Source: Tubulanus polymorphus
Taxonomy: Eukaryota; Animalia; Nemertea
NCBI RefSeq assembly: GCF_964204645.1
Contig: NC_134029.1
Location: 12,984,850 to 13,048,849, forward strand
Length of the DNA: 64,000 nucleotides
Reading direction: 5' to 3'
A model generated the notes under the pieces. That model did no database searches and was not told where the DNA came from. It saw only the letters and a list, made by a program, of their open reading frames with translations. The first letter of the stretch is position 1. Each line of letters opens with the position of its first letter. The translations under genes were made by a program, and so were the position numbers. Shown here piece after piece: positions 14,330-27,724 of this stretch.

Positions 14330-14495
14330 ATATAATTTCACCCACAATGTATATTCAATAAATAATTTATGTTACTTTTTTTCTGACGTTTGAGGTGAAT
14401 TACTTCCACCCATGGGTAGAAGTAATCCACCCGAAACATTAGAACAAAAGTTATAAGAATTGTTTTTTGAATTTACATTGTGGGTGAAACAACTA
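14330..14495. mobile_element. ~160-bp fully palindromic (hairpin) non-autonomous element
   Basis: tttcacccacaatgta (14336) mirrors tacattgtgggtgaaa (ends 14489); symmetric about acccatgggt at 14408-14417. Confidence 0.8.
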
Positions 14496-14504
14496 TACAT
14501 AGCA

Positions 14505-14945
14505 TTTAAGTTGGAAGTGAAGAGTCCTAACTGGACTGGCATAAACATTATATTTTATTTAGAAGAGAATAGTCCTAACTGGACTGATAATAACGTGAGG
14601 TTTTAGTTAAAAGTGAATAGTCGTACCTGGACTGGCATAAACATTGGATTTTAGTTAAAAGTGAATAGTCCTACCTGGACTAGCATAAACATTAGATTTT
14701 AGTTAAAAGTGAATAGTCCTACCTGGACTGGCATAAACATTGGATTTTAGTTAAAAGTGAATAGTCCTACCTGGACTAGCATAAACATTAGATTTTAGTT
14801 AAAAGTGAAGAGTCCTACCTGGACTGGCATAAACATAAGATTTTAGTTAAAAGTGAATAGTCCTACCTGGACTGGCATAAACATTATAATTTAGTTAAAA
14901 GTAAATGCATGTAGTCCTAACTGGACTGCCATAGGCATTACATTT
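14505..14945. repeat. 48-bp minisatellite, ~9 copies
   Basis: Unit ttagttaaaagtgaatagtcctacctggactggcataaacattggatt, period 48 (e.g. 14651, 14699). Confidence 0.95.
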
Positions 14946-17900
14946 TGGTGAGTAGTTCTAGCTGCACTATTATGGTCATTGCATTTTAGTTTGAATTGAA
15001 TAGTCCTAGCATTACTGATGTGGACATTGCATATTCATTTGATTTGAATAGTCTTTGCTAGATCATTTTACTTATCAAAGAATGCGCATGAAATTAATGT
15101 ATCAATTGAAAGAGCTGTTTTTGAATTTTGTAAGTAACTCGTGCGTTGATGACAAATTTGTTCATTTTCTAGCTACCCAGGCTCCAATGTGTAGTAAAGA
15201 CAAGAGGCTCCAATGTGTAGTAAAGACACATGTTGACATGATATTGTCAATTATTATTTTGACATAATGGTAAATACTGCTTATTTCTTCCATGTAATTT
15301 ACAAAATGCAGTGACCCTCCTATGTGTATTGGTCAATAATTGATAATTCAATAATTTAAAGGTTAAAACAATCAGGAATTACAGTTTGCTATAGCACAAA
15401 GCAAAGGTCATGATATAAACTTTTATGATGTGGATATAAGTTACTATGAATGTTCTACTTTCCTGCTGTGAATAGCATGAATTACTAACTTTTTTAAGAT
15501 TTGGATCATGGACACACATTTTCTCAAAATATGGATACTGTTATATTTATCTCATTTCAGTTTATTTAGTACTAGCTGGACCATTTGACTTCCTACAATC
15601 TTATGTTAAATGTGTAATTTTAGTGTGCTTCACACCATGTAATTATTCAATATAAGATTAGTCATAAATGTTGAAAACATAGAATAAGCTAGGGCCACTC
15701 CACTTAACATTCCCCATCAAGCCAGTGACCATTTTTCAGTATTATAACATTTTTATGGTGATTTACTTGCTTTGAGTTTCACTCATTCGCTTTCTTTTTT
15801 CAGCTCAGACTTCTATGTAAACTCCCTATTCTCTAATATATGTACCTACTGTTGTAATACATTAATGTAAATGTATAAGTATTATAAAGAATGTATCAAA
15901 CCAGACATTGCATTTTATTGTGTCACATAATTTCTGTCTGATTCATAAAAAGGAAATATTACCAAGTGGCCATATTGGGGCTTCAATAGAATTATATTCT
16001 GTCCATTTTTATTAACAAAAATAGATTTTTTGATTATTTACAATATTTTTTAAACAGTTTAAAATCAAATAAAACACAAAATCAATCAATACAGTTCCTC
16101 ATAGTTGTTCATTATTTTCTTCTTGATGTGCGGTATGTAAATTTAGGAAAGTCCATGTTAAGAATTTGGTTTCTTGTTGTATATGGTCACCAGGGGGCAT
16201 TGAATTGTAGAATAACTAAGTATTACCATATTATGTTGGTACCTAGGCATATGTGGTGAGTTTCAATGTCATTGGTTTCAGTATATGTTCACCAGGGGCA
16301 TTGAATATTGAAATTGACAGATTGTTGAGCATTTCAAAGCACTTCCCAAGTGGGCATGGTGTCCCTGGACCCCTAGTTTATAAACGTGGTGATGTTGCGC
16401 ATCCAACCTTTTTGCAACGTTGTGAAAACGTTATTTTGTTACCTGACGTTATTAATATTTATATCATTATTTGATTAACCCTAGTCCACTATCACCCCCC
16501 CCCCCCCAGACTTAATTTTTTCGCCCCGAAAAACAAACGGCAACCATCCAGACATTAACTTTATTCAACCAGATTAAATATAAGATACAGCAATATACAA
16601 GCAATAAGATAGAGATACGACAGCATTCTTAAGGAATTTAATTTAACATAATAATCGTCAGTAGTATATATTATCATAATTAATAACATCATTCACTTAT
16701 ATTCATTCATTATACATGGCAATTTATTTATTCATTTCACTAATTGTTTATTCATTAATGCATTATTGTATATGTCATTATTTTTTCACTATTTTATTCA
16801 CACTTCTGCACCATTTCAGCAGACAACGCTGAAAACAAAAGTTGATCACTTATGTACTAACATTGAATGCACAATAAGTTAGATAAGTCATTTAATTAGC
16901 AAGAAAGTCACGAAGCATGAATCGGTACCACTCACACACAATAACGAACCCACCTAGATGGCGAATCAGAACCTTCTCGAGCAACGGCGGCTCTCGCGTC
17001 GATAAACGGTCTCCATCCAAAAGCAGCAAATCAAATAACAGTACAAATGACACGAGTACACAACATAATACAGTAAGAGACGTACCATAAGGCATACGAC
17101 ATATTAAACATTTGGACGTAGAACAAAACAGGTATATAGTATAATGCGAACGACATCGCCACAGACGAGTACCAACAAACCCGAACGATGACGTACGGTG
17201 CAAACGATGACGAAGCTGTTTTTTTTCGAACGAACAACTGACAGCTAATAATATGGAATGACGGCCATAGGTGTCAACGAACAAGCTGGCACAGTCTCAC
17301 AGCTCGTTTCGGTGTTATTTATTTCGGATGGACTATACTATGATCCTGAATATAATTATCCATCACACCGGCCATAATATACGTGACTTCCAGGGATCGC
17401 AAGAACGATGGCACCATATTGAGAATCACTCTCCGGAACGATGTAGCAGCGGTATAACGGGACAAGCGACCGAACGCTCGACAATCTGCACGAACAGCGA
17501 ATTAGGCGAAGTCCGAACAACGGCATTCATATTCAGGATACGGACGATCGTGCTAAGTTGAGGTCACGGAAAGCGAATCCGGCGACTGCAAGTATATGTG
17601 AAGACGGCGACAGCGACGGCGACGGTCCCACGTCGATTTTGCAACAGTACAGTTCACTCCCGACAAGGTCGACTCTGGTCGGAACGAAGTGACACGGAAC
17701 AACGCAAACAAAAATAAGCAATCAAACCCAAAACACTCCCCACGGGTTTGCAGATGAAGATAGCATAGCAATAATATATAAGAAATTCAGTAAATAGATA
17801 AGGTACAATTCACTCCCAATGCTAAACCAATAGATCCCGATAAATGACAATTATACAACGATATACAATATAACATGCGTTATATAGTTCCAAATTAACG

Positions 17901-18952
17901 TAATATCTTCCATAATTAATAAAGGAATTTGCAATTAGTGACTATAGAACCAAACGGTGTGAGTGGTGTCAGCCGTGTAGTTACAAAGACCGACTAACAG
18001 ATTAAGAGACAAAATGAATAATTCCTGTACATGGATGTGCGTAGCAGAACGAAAGATTTTATGTGAAACATCACTTTCTTTTCACTGAAAAAAAATTAAT
18101 GACCATCTCCTCACCCACTACTATTCAATTTATTAAACATATCCGTCTTCGATCATATGGACCTCATGGTCCTCTTGTTATACACAATTCCGCAATGGAG
18201 TGATGTTAAACGTATAGGATCGACCCCCTAGAGAAGAGATTAATAGATTGGAGCATTGATTCGTGTATAATTACTGCTGAAGAAGGTTGTAAGTCTATTA
18301 GTCGAAGGATTATCGAAAATCAAAGTACCCGAATGATATAAAACCAGTTCGGTGTGCATTGGAATATACTGTTAATAAAGACCGAGAATTGTGTAGATTC
18401 TGGTATATATATGAGTCACAAAAGAATCACGAGCTAGTGTATAGAACATAGGCCGTATAGAGTTGATTCCATATAGCATAATGGTGTCGATATACGTTAT
18501 ACGTAGAACATAATTAAGGACTTGGTACGTCAATCCAGATCGACGGAATGATCATCTGCTTGCTATATTGCAAAAGAAGCAAGGGACTGTTAGTGATAAT
18601 AACGAGTGTACTCCTCGTGCGATTGGTTAACAAGGAACGTGTGCCTACGGATTGAAAAACTGTAGGGAATTCGCAGGTATAAGTTTCAGACGAGAAAGTA
18701 CGACTGCAGATATCAAGTATCTTATAATGGAGCGCCCGGCGATGTCGCTTAAGGAGAAGGTGATGTTTCGAAGGATACAAATGGACCGACAGTCACCTAT
18801 AGGAACGCTGAAAGGAACATTTCGCCGACATCTTATTAAAGTTGCTAGGTACCCAACCCGAGAAGAAAGGTAGTAAGATATCGCCATAACTTAATGAGCA
18901 GTTAACGCGTAATTGAAATAATTTATAGGCCTATGTTATAACATCCTCCCCC

Positions 18953-19269
18953 GGCAGGGATTCGAACCTGATGGCATCGAGATTGCGCACGGTACGAAAC
19001 CCTGCCACACTAGACCGAGTGCGCAGCTACACGGGCAGCTTAGATGGTGTCATAATGAGCCAATCAGATATTACGCTGATTTAGCCCGGGTTTACCTAGC
19101 TATAGTTCTTCCGTGAAATTTGCCTCAGCGATTATACATCGAGCAATCTGATTGGTGCCGCAAGTTTTCGTGCGGCAAAGCTGCGCATAAACATGCGCAC
19201 CCTGTCTACTGTGACAGGGATTCGTGCCGTGGCTGAGTGTGGCGATGCCATCAGGTTCGAATCCCTGCC
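18953..19269. mobile_element. 317-bp fold-back element with long TIRs containing a Pol III B-box-like motif
   Basis: 27-bp perfect IR ggcagggattcgaacctgatggcatcg / cgatgccatcaggttcgaatccctgcc; symmetry continues inward (ccaatcagat / atctgattgg). Confidence 0.8.
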
Positions 19270-21524
19270 ATCAAAAACCGTTGTTTTGTGAAGGCACTCC
19301 GTTCGATGTGATTATATAAGAGTGTCCCCCTACAAGCTTTTTAAAATATACATAAAAATACATGCATTTAGCCCACTTAAAACAGAAGTCCCTGGGGGTT
19401 ATTGCGTTCCCTTTCCATCCGTTTACGGAACCCAGTTATTTTGTGAAGTTTTGAAGGCGCATCTATGGATTCTCTCTATTTGGTTGATACACATCTTCAA
19501 ACAAAAGATTGGCCCGACTAAGCGGCCATCGTTGTTCGCCAAAGTACTTTTCGATCAATAATCTCGATCTTCTACATATCTTTTCCACCCCTGAGGGTTC
19601 ATCAGCCTGAGAAAAATCGGGTCGATCGGACTTAAGATGGCCATCCTGTGACCTTTATTGTGCCCAAAAATGTACAAAGACCTGTTGCTTCCTAATACCG
19701 TTGATATTTGTGGTGGGTATTCTATGAACTCTATAGCGGTATTTTCGATCGCCAATCACGCATGTCATTGGCCATTTTGGTATCATCGGTACTCATTGCT
19801 AGGTGGAAAATGTTTTTTTTTTAGGAAAATGTCAACAAGTTTTAACTTCGTCTGAAAATTTGAATTCTATTAACACTGACATAGGATACATCTCCGCACG
19901 TGGAATTGGAATCACAAGGGCCCGGTTTCATGTGACTGAGTATCAAAGCTATCCCTAGGGGGTAAATCCTCAATCTGGGTGACAACCACCACAGTAACAA
20001 TGAGAAAGCATGGTTATAACAGACAAATTTCCAAATGTTCCCAGGGATGATTTTGCTTCCACATCTATGAAACCCAGTCCGGGTTCTTTGGTCTTGCCAC
20101 CAGGGGGAGTAAATCATTGATTAATATGCTAATTGTCCATATGTGTCTCTATTTATATTGACACCTGGATATTTTGTAACAATATAGTCAGGTGTAGTTC
20201 ATGACATGTTCTATGATTGTGTTGAGTTTTTAGGTCATTGATTTTAGTATATGGTCACCGGGGGGCATTGAATAGTACAATTACGAAGCATTTCCATTAG
20301 TAGCTTGATTCCATGATTATATTGGAGATTCAAGGTCATTTGGTCATTGGCATATTTTTTCACGACAGTCAATTGCAATACGTAATGACATGTTCCTAGT
20401 AAAACCTAGTATATAACAAGTATCTACTCCTTAATCGGTTTGGGTAAACTGAACCGTTGAATCTTGAACAACTGATTCATAGGTTAAACTTTTTGAGAAA
20501 CTAATTGCCAGGATTTTTTTACAAGGTGGTACAATGGCTCGCTGTGTCAGCAAGCATAGCGTTTATCAGACAAACTTTTCTCGGAATTAAATTAGTTAAA
20601 CAAGTATTGTGTTTTGGGACGCTCAAGCTACGACAACCCTGAATCAACGAATGAAACTGGTATTCGTAATTCATAGATAATTTGCACGATTTCAGGAATC
20701 TTGATTTCCTCAACTAGCTCGGGGATTTGCCTGAGGTGTTTGGGACTCACCATACACTGAACAACTGCTCCTCAAAAATTCCAACTATTTGATAACAGTT
20801 GACAGAACTGTTTTGATCAAAGATGGTTACGGCAAATTCATTAATAAGTACAACCATGAACAGAATTATCCGAAATAAATGATTGATTATATTGACAAAT
20901 AAAATAAAACAATACACTTTAATTTAGAAAGAGGTATAATACATCCAATTCATTTTTGCTTAAACAGCATAGTCCCACACGGGGTCATCTCTATATTCCC
21001 CGGGTTCTATATTCTCCCGGAGGAAATAATACATAAAGCGTTCAATATTCTCCAAATGATAAAAAGGTTAGATCAATTTAGGACTTGGTACATCAATAAT
21101 AAGGACCACTAATAATATTCTTGCTAGAAAAAAGAATCGAAGAAAACAGATACCTACATACAAATCAAAATTTTCTGCTTGAAACAGGCACACGAACATT
21201 TCAATTGATGTTCTCGTGACAGGACGTAAAATCAATTTATTTCAGAAATGTCAACGAAAATTCCCCAGAAAAGTGGCCACAACTTTCATTTAACAGTTAG
21301 TAGCTAACAATTTCATCATTAACTGTTCCAGAATGCCTCTCGCCAGCATGTAATAACCTTCTGCGTATCTTGCCACGGGTCTCCAGAATTAGCCCAATAT
21401 GGTTCTTAAATCCTAGCGAGCTATTGCGATCACCTTTCGTCCGAAGTCCGTCCGCCTGTAAACATAATCAAGTACTCTCGGGGAGTTTTGAAGACGCTTC
21501 AATGGATATTATGATATTTCTTGT

Positions 21525-21787
<263 letters not shown>

Positions 21788-22691
21788 ATGTTAAGGTGTT
21801 TGGGTCCCCTGGACCGTTAGAGGCTGGGCAACACAGCCAGTTCCACGAGGGTGTAGCAATATGTACACATTAGTATGTAGTTTAAATATCCACAGTAGAA
21901 AAAGTTGTATTTAGGTCCGTAAGACCGTTAGAGGCTGGGTGACGCAGCCAGTTCACGAGGGTGTAGCAATGTAACAATTATATCATTCACAGTAGAAATA
22001 AAAACGAGTAATTCATATTGAGAATGTGAGGTACACATTGTGTTGTTTCTTTTATATATAGTAAACAGGCGTCGGTGTATGACTGTATTATATTGCAAGT
22101 CATTGCAAATAGTACTGATAGCCTAATCAGATAAATGGCGTGTGTATCAGCAACACATTCGAGGCCTTACGGTGGCGGGTAGTGGTGAGAACCGATATGG
22201 ATGTTTGATTTGTGCAAAGGTGGGACGGGCTTTCCTCGTCTCGTGTGGAGAGTACTTTCCGTCCTGTCAAAACAGGGTCCGTTGGTGTTGCGAGGGTAAT
22301 CGCACCGATCATCTGTCGGCGTATGTATCAACTACGTCTATATTTCAATCTGTTTGGATTGAGGAGGTTCTTAAAATCATCGATCTGATGTGATCTGAAG
22401 CGATTTTTTGTGTGACCGCCGGGCGGTATCGATTCGACCAGGTATTCCTTGGTTGTCGAATATTGATATAGCGTTACGTTGATAAAACGACACATCGGGA
22501 GTAAATTGACTGCCCTTAGCATCAGTCCGAGCGGCTGTATATCGAGTCCTGAGAGTGTCTATACATGAGCGGAACGGAAACTGATTTAAACGGTTTTCAC
22601 CTTATTTTGCATAAATCGTGATTGAAGGATTCGTATGAAGCACATAAAACCGACTATTATTACGGTATTGAGGTTGAGATGGTGGTGTGCC

Positions 22692-24557
22692 TTACACACA
22701 TCTCGCGCGGACTAGAATGTCTCTAAGATTTTTGCCGCGTGTAAATAGTATTCTGGGAGGTTCCTTGAATATTATTCTCAGAGTCGCGTTCGATTGGATT
22801 ATCTTCCAGTGTTTTGTAAGCGACTGACGGATATTATCCGTGTTCGGATGGTATTTGGTGATCAGTGAGATTGAATCAAATGAGCGCTTTTTTGTGCGCG
22901 TGTGTAAGAGATCCGTACGATATCGTTGGTCCGCTTTGTAGATTTGAGCGCGGATTTCGCGAGCACTATAGCCTCGGGCCCGGAGGTAAACCTGTAGTTT
23001 TTTGCATTGTGAGCGGTATTCGCTTTCGTCCGAGCAGATTTTCTTAAATCTGAGAGCCTGTGCGTATGCAATGATGTTGCTGCAGTGAGGCGGGTGACAC
23101 GATTCTTTGTGTAGGAGCGAGTGTGCGTCCGTGGGTTTTGTGTACACCCTTGTTGAGAGTTTACCTGAGTTCTCAAAATCTTTCCCTTTGTAGACTTCAA
23201 CGTCTAGGAAGGGTACCTTCTCCCTTGATTGTGTCAGTTCGTATTGGATGGTACGGTGTGATTGGTTCATATGTTCGAAAAATTCGAGTAGTTTATCTTC
23301 ACCGTGGGTCCAGATTGAGAATATATCATCTATATATCTCCAATATAACATGTGTATAATATTGTTCGGTGCCGAGCGGAGACATTTAGTCTCGAGATAA
23401 TGCATGAATATGATCGCTAGACTCGGGCTGACCGTTGAACCCATGGCGCAACCCTCTATTTGAAGGCGGTGTTCGTTTTTCCCGAAAGAGAATTCATTTC
23501 TCTTCAGTATTAGATTCAGGAATTGAACGAAGCGTCTTTTGTCTGGACGGCGAACTGCGTATTGTAGCGGGAAGTCATCTAGACTTCTTAGGATGCTACT
23601 GATGGCTTCTTCGTGAGGGATGTTGGTGTATAGACTTTTGACATCCATTGTCACCAATATCGCATCTTTGTGGAGGGGAGGGAGGGAATTGATTTTGTTG
23701 AGAAAGTCATTGGTATCTTGGATGTATGTTGATACTCGACTCGCGATTGGTCTCAGAAAATAGTCCAGATATTTGGATATCTTTTCCGTGGGGCCATTGT
23801 TGCCGCTTAGGATCGGTCTTCCCGGGTTGTTGACCTTGTGAATTTTCGGTAGAAGGTAGAACTCGGGGATTTTGATATCAGATCCCGGTGTTAGATATAG
23901 CCACGTAACATGGTCTATTTCTTGGTTGTTTCTCATATCGTCTATGATTCTTTTTATTTCACTTGTGACTAAAGTAGTGTCGGGTGGAGCGATTGACCGG
24001 TAGCTGTTGGTGTCATTTAGCTGTCTCAGAGCTTCTTTTTTGTAAGAGTCTTTGCTCATGATAGCTATGGCTCCCCCTTTGTCACAGGGTTTACAATGAG
24101 ATCTTTATTCCGATTTAGTTCGTTGATCGCTTTCATCTCGTTTCTCGATAAATTGGATTTGAATTTTTGTGTGAGATTGAGTTTTTTGAGCTCTGTACGC
24201 GTTAGTTCAATATAACGTTCGAGCCGGCGATCGCCTGATGTAAGCGGATTGAATTGGCTTTTCCCTTTGAAGGGGTGCAGTGAGTTTTTCTCACGGTTAA
24301 AAAATATATTTCAACCTAAGGCGGCGGAAGAAAGCTTCGGCGGCCGTGAGAAGTTCGTCCTTCTGTGTCGGTGCATTATTGGGTACGAATTTCAGACCCT
24401 TGCTTAATGCATTAATGGTGGTTTTGCTAACCACGTGGTCTGATAGGTTGACCACAAATCTGTTGTGCTGGGAGGCAGTTGTAGCGGAGGGTTTACCTCG
24501 GCTGATGCGTGACCCAGTTGAGTGGTATTTCCACTGGTTGTTTTTCCTCCTACCCAT
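22692..24557 (-). pseudogene. PLE reverse transcriptase ORF2 with two frameshifts (~24300, ~24095); main open frame 22692-24059
   Basis: VVNLS..LSKGLKFVP..FFRRLRLK, PCDKGG, FYLLPKIHK..PGRPI, MDVKSLYTNIPH, GCAMGS, RYIDD, FLDV, YTKPTD, SCHP, KNLRDILVRA, then a stop. Confidence 0.9.
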
Positions 24558-25087
24558 GAGGGGAGTAAGACTGGAATATGAGTGCGTGATACTGTGAGCA
24601 GAGTTCCGCGTGTGTCGTCTGGTTAGATACACTGCTAGATTAGCCGAGTAGATCGGTATTAAACAGCTGTAGAACAAAGGGTTTAGCTGTTAGTGGCTCT
24701 ATGAGTGTAATCAATAGGTGGATAATCGACCTAGTCGTGTGATTAACACTGTTCTCTGTATGCGGGCGTGATTTGTATACATATAATGTATAATGCACGA
24801 TGGCGGCTCGTGTGTATTCGTTCTGATGGAAGAATAAATAAATAGAAATGAAAAATGAATTCCCATTAAATTGTGAACACATGTATATGAGCCTTGTTTT
24901 TAGACACGCGGACGGTTAACGTCGGAGTGCGGTTCAAGGGAACGACTGTTCAGATAGAAATCTATTTGCAAACATTTGAATGGGTTTGCGTCGGACTGAG
25001 ATGGACTAAGTCTGTCTTAGACATAGGGGTAGTCCTGATAAGGACTGTTGAGAGAGTGTGTGTTGTTGTGAGAGAGAGAAAAATGGA

Positions 25088-25714
25088 TTATTCTCTTCTC
25101 GGTCGCTTGCCCCGGTAGTTATAGCGGCCGCCGGATTGGTGACGTCCCCTACTCGGGTGACGTTTCTTCGGTGCCGCCGTAGGGTCCTCTTCGTTCACCA
25201 TTGGTGTCGGTTGAGCCGGAGCTGATTTCTGTGTGACCGCGCTAGCTTCTGCTTCTTTGAGCTGGGCTTCTGAGGCGCCTGGTAACTTTAAGATCTCAGC
25301 TGCGATCGCCTCCGCTTTGAGGCGGTTTTGGTCGGCCATCGCTTCGTGGTGGCGGGCCGAAATCTTCATCAGATCCAGACTCGTCTGGTGGAGTCTGCGA
25401 ATCCAGTCTTTTGTAACGTCTGGATTCCTGTCTGCTTCCATCAGTCTGATGGGTAAGTGGATTTTGAAGTGTTTCGGCACTTCGCCAGCGACCAAACCGA
25501 TTCTAAGTAACGAGCCGTGATGTTGGTGTTGCAGTACCCTCCGTCTCGAGTCTTCATACATCTTAAGAGCCGAATAGTGTTCGGGTCTTGTTGAGTTGGT
25601 CTCGGTAGACGGGTGCGGCGGTTCCGACGGCGGCGTCGCGGTAGCGTTGGTTGAGTCCAGGTCTCTCATCATCTCGTCGATTTCGGTTTCTGTGAACATG
25701 TCGTCAAGAGCCAT
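25088..25714 (-). CDS. ORF1 of the PLE, 208 aa, helical with a basic RG-rich C-terminus
   Basis: Intact ORF upstream of and co-oriented with the RT. QHHGSLL..GEVPKHFKI...W...L..TSLDLM resembles the N-terminal domain of Neptune-type PLE proteins; ends PKKRHPSRGRHQSGGRYNYRGKRPRRE. Confidence 0.75.
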   Translation of the reverse strand: MALDDMFTETEIDEMMRDLDSTNATATPPSEPPHPSTETNSTRPEHYSALKMYEDSRRRVLQHQHHGSLLRIGLVAGEVPKHFKIHLPIRLMEADRNPDVTKDWIRRLHQTSLDLMKISARHHEAMADQNRLKAEAIAAEILKLPGASEAQLKEAEASAVTQKSAPAQPTPMVNEEDPTAAPKKRHPSRGRHQSGGRYNYRGKRPRRE

Positions 25715-27724
25715 AATACTGATACAGAGCGAGTCAATGTAGTGCAGTTAGTGATCAGTTAGTGAATAGCTAACTATTTATACTCTCTGGGTGCTCCCGC
25801 ACGGCACCAATCGGAGAGTTTGTTGTTTCACAGGCTAATTATCACTGTTACGCGCTGATTGGCTAGAAAATCATTGAGTCCCTTGACGTCGTGTAGTACA
25901 CATCCGGTGGTGTGTTGTGTGTATATATTGTGATTTGCTAATTGCGTGATCGTTCTTCTGTGTATTTATCAGGTTTTTCACTCCTTCAGTGTATGAGGGG
26001 GTGATTCTGTCTATAAATTGTGTGGACCGTGATGTTCACGGAAAGTTCTGTTACCCACACGGGATCGTTCGAGTTAGCGATCTACTGGTATTCCTCAAGT
26101 AAATCCGTGCCGTAGCAGGGACCAGTTAACCGTATGGTTGGGACCAGTTAACCGTATGGTTGGTTGTAAATAGAACCGATATTGCTATTCTGCTACCGAT
26201 ATGGGTGGCTGGACACACCGTCTATGTTGGCCATTTTCACGTTGAAACAACGGCTTCTACCCGGGGGGTAGGAAAAAGAAGACATGTTAAGGTGTTTGGG
26301 TCCGCTAGACCGTTAGAGGCTGGGCAACACAGCCAGTTCCACGAGGGTGTAGCAATATGTACACATTAGTATGTAGTTTAAATATCCACAGTAGAAAAAG
26401 TTGTATTTAGGTCCGTAAGACCGTTAGAGGCTGGGTGACGCAGCCAGTTCACGAGGGTGTAGCAATGTAACAATTATATCATTCACAGTAGAAATAAAAA
26501 CGAGTAATTCATATTGAGAATGTGAGGTACACATTGTGTTGTTTCTTTTATATATAGTAAACAGGCGTCGGTGTATGACTGTATTATATTGCAAGTCATT
26601 GCAAATAGTACTGATAGCCTAATCAGATAGATGGCGTGTGTATCAGCAACACATTCGAGGCCTTACGGTGGCGGGTAGTGGTGAGAACCGATATGGATGT
26701 TAGATTTGTGCAAAGGTGGGACGGGCTTTCCTCGTCTCGTGTGGAGAGTACTTTCCGTCCTGTCAAAACAGGGTCCGTATTTCAATCTGTTTGGATTGAG
26801 GAGGTTCTTAAAATCATCGATCTGATGTGATCTGAAGCGATTTTTTGTGTGACCGCCGGGCGGTATCGATTCGACCAGGTATTCCTTGGTTGTCGAATAT
26901 TGATAAAGCGTTACGTTGATAAAACGACACATCGGGAGTAAATTGACTGCCCTTAGCATCAGTCCGAGCGGCTGTATATCGAGTCCTGAGAGTGTCTATA
27001 CATGAGCGGAACGGAAACTGATTTAAACGGTTTTCACCTTATTTTGCATAAATCGTGATTGAAGGATTCGTATGAAGCACATAAAACCGACTATTATTAC
27101 GGTATTGAGGTTGAGATGGTGGTGTGCCTTACACACATCTCGCGCGGACTAGAATGTCTCTAAGATTTTTGCCGCGTGTAAATAGTATTCTGGGAGGTTC
27201 CTTGAATATTATTCTCAGAGTCGCGTTCGATTGGATTATCTTCCAGTGTTTTGTAAGCGACTGACGGATATTATCCGTGTTCGGATGGTATTTGGTGATC
27301 AGTGAGATTGAATCAAATGAGCGCTTTTTTGTGCGCGTGTGTAAGAGATCCGTACGATATCGTTGGTCCGCTTTGTAGATTTGAGCGCGGATTTCGCGAG
27401 CACTATAGCCTCGGGCCCGGAGGTAACCCTGTAGTTGTTAATGCTGTGAGCTATGTTTAAGAAAACATGTAGGGCCTACAGGGCACCAAAAATGATAATA
27501 ATAATAATAATAATAATGATAATAATAATAATAAATATAGCTGCTGAGCAGCGATGACGGGTTTTCTGCAAAGCCATTCAGAATGATGGAAATTGTAGTA
27601 AATTGAAATACCGATACATTGAATAAAATTCATTGACAGATTCGAACCTAATATGCAACCACTGTGTAAAAGTCAAATATGATTCAGCTTTGAAACCGAA
27701 CATACGCGGACGTACAATCAACAA

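Noticed and set aside
14505-14945. Regular repeats as a possible CRISPR array (also 3898-4410, 62045-62415)
   Set aside because: Head-to-tail units with no unique spacers, no cas genes, eukaryotic context.
22127-22691. Small minus-strand ORFs after the PLE RT as a degenerate GIY-YIG
   Set aside because: No GIY/YIG, CxxC or R..EH motifs found, and the paralogous copy tolerates a 59-bp deletion; treated as 3' UTR.
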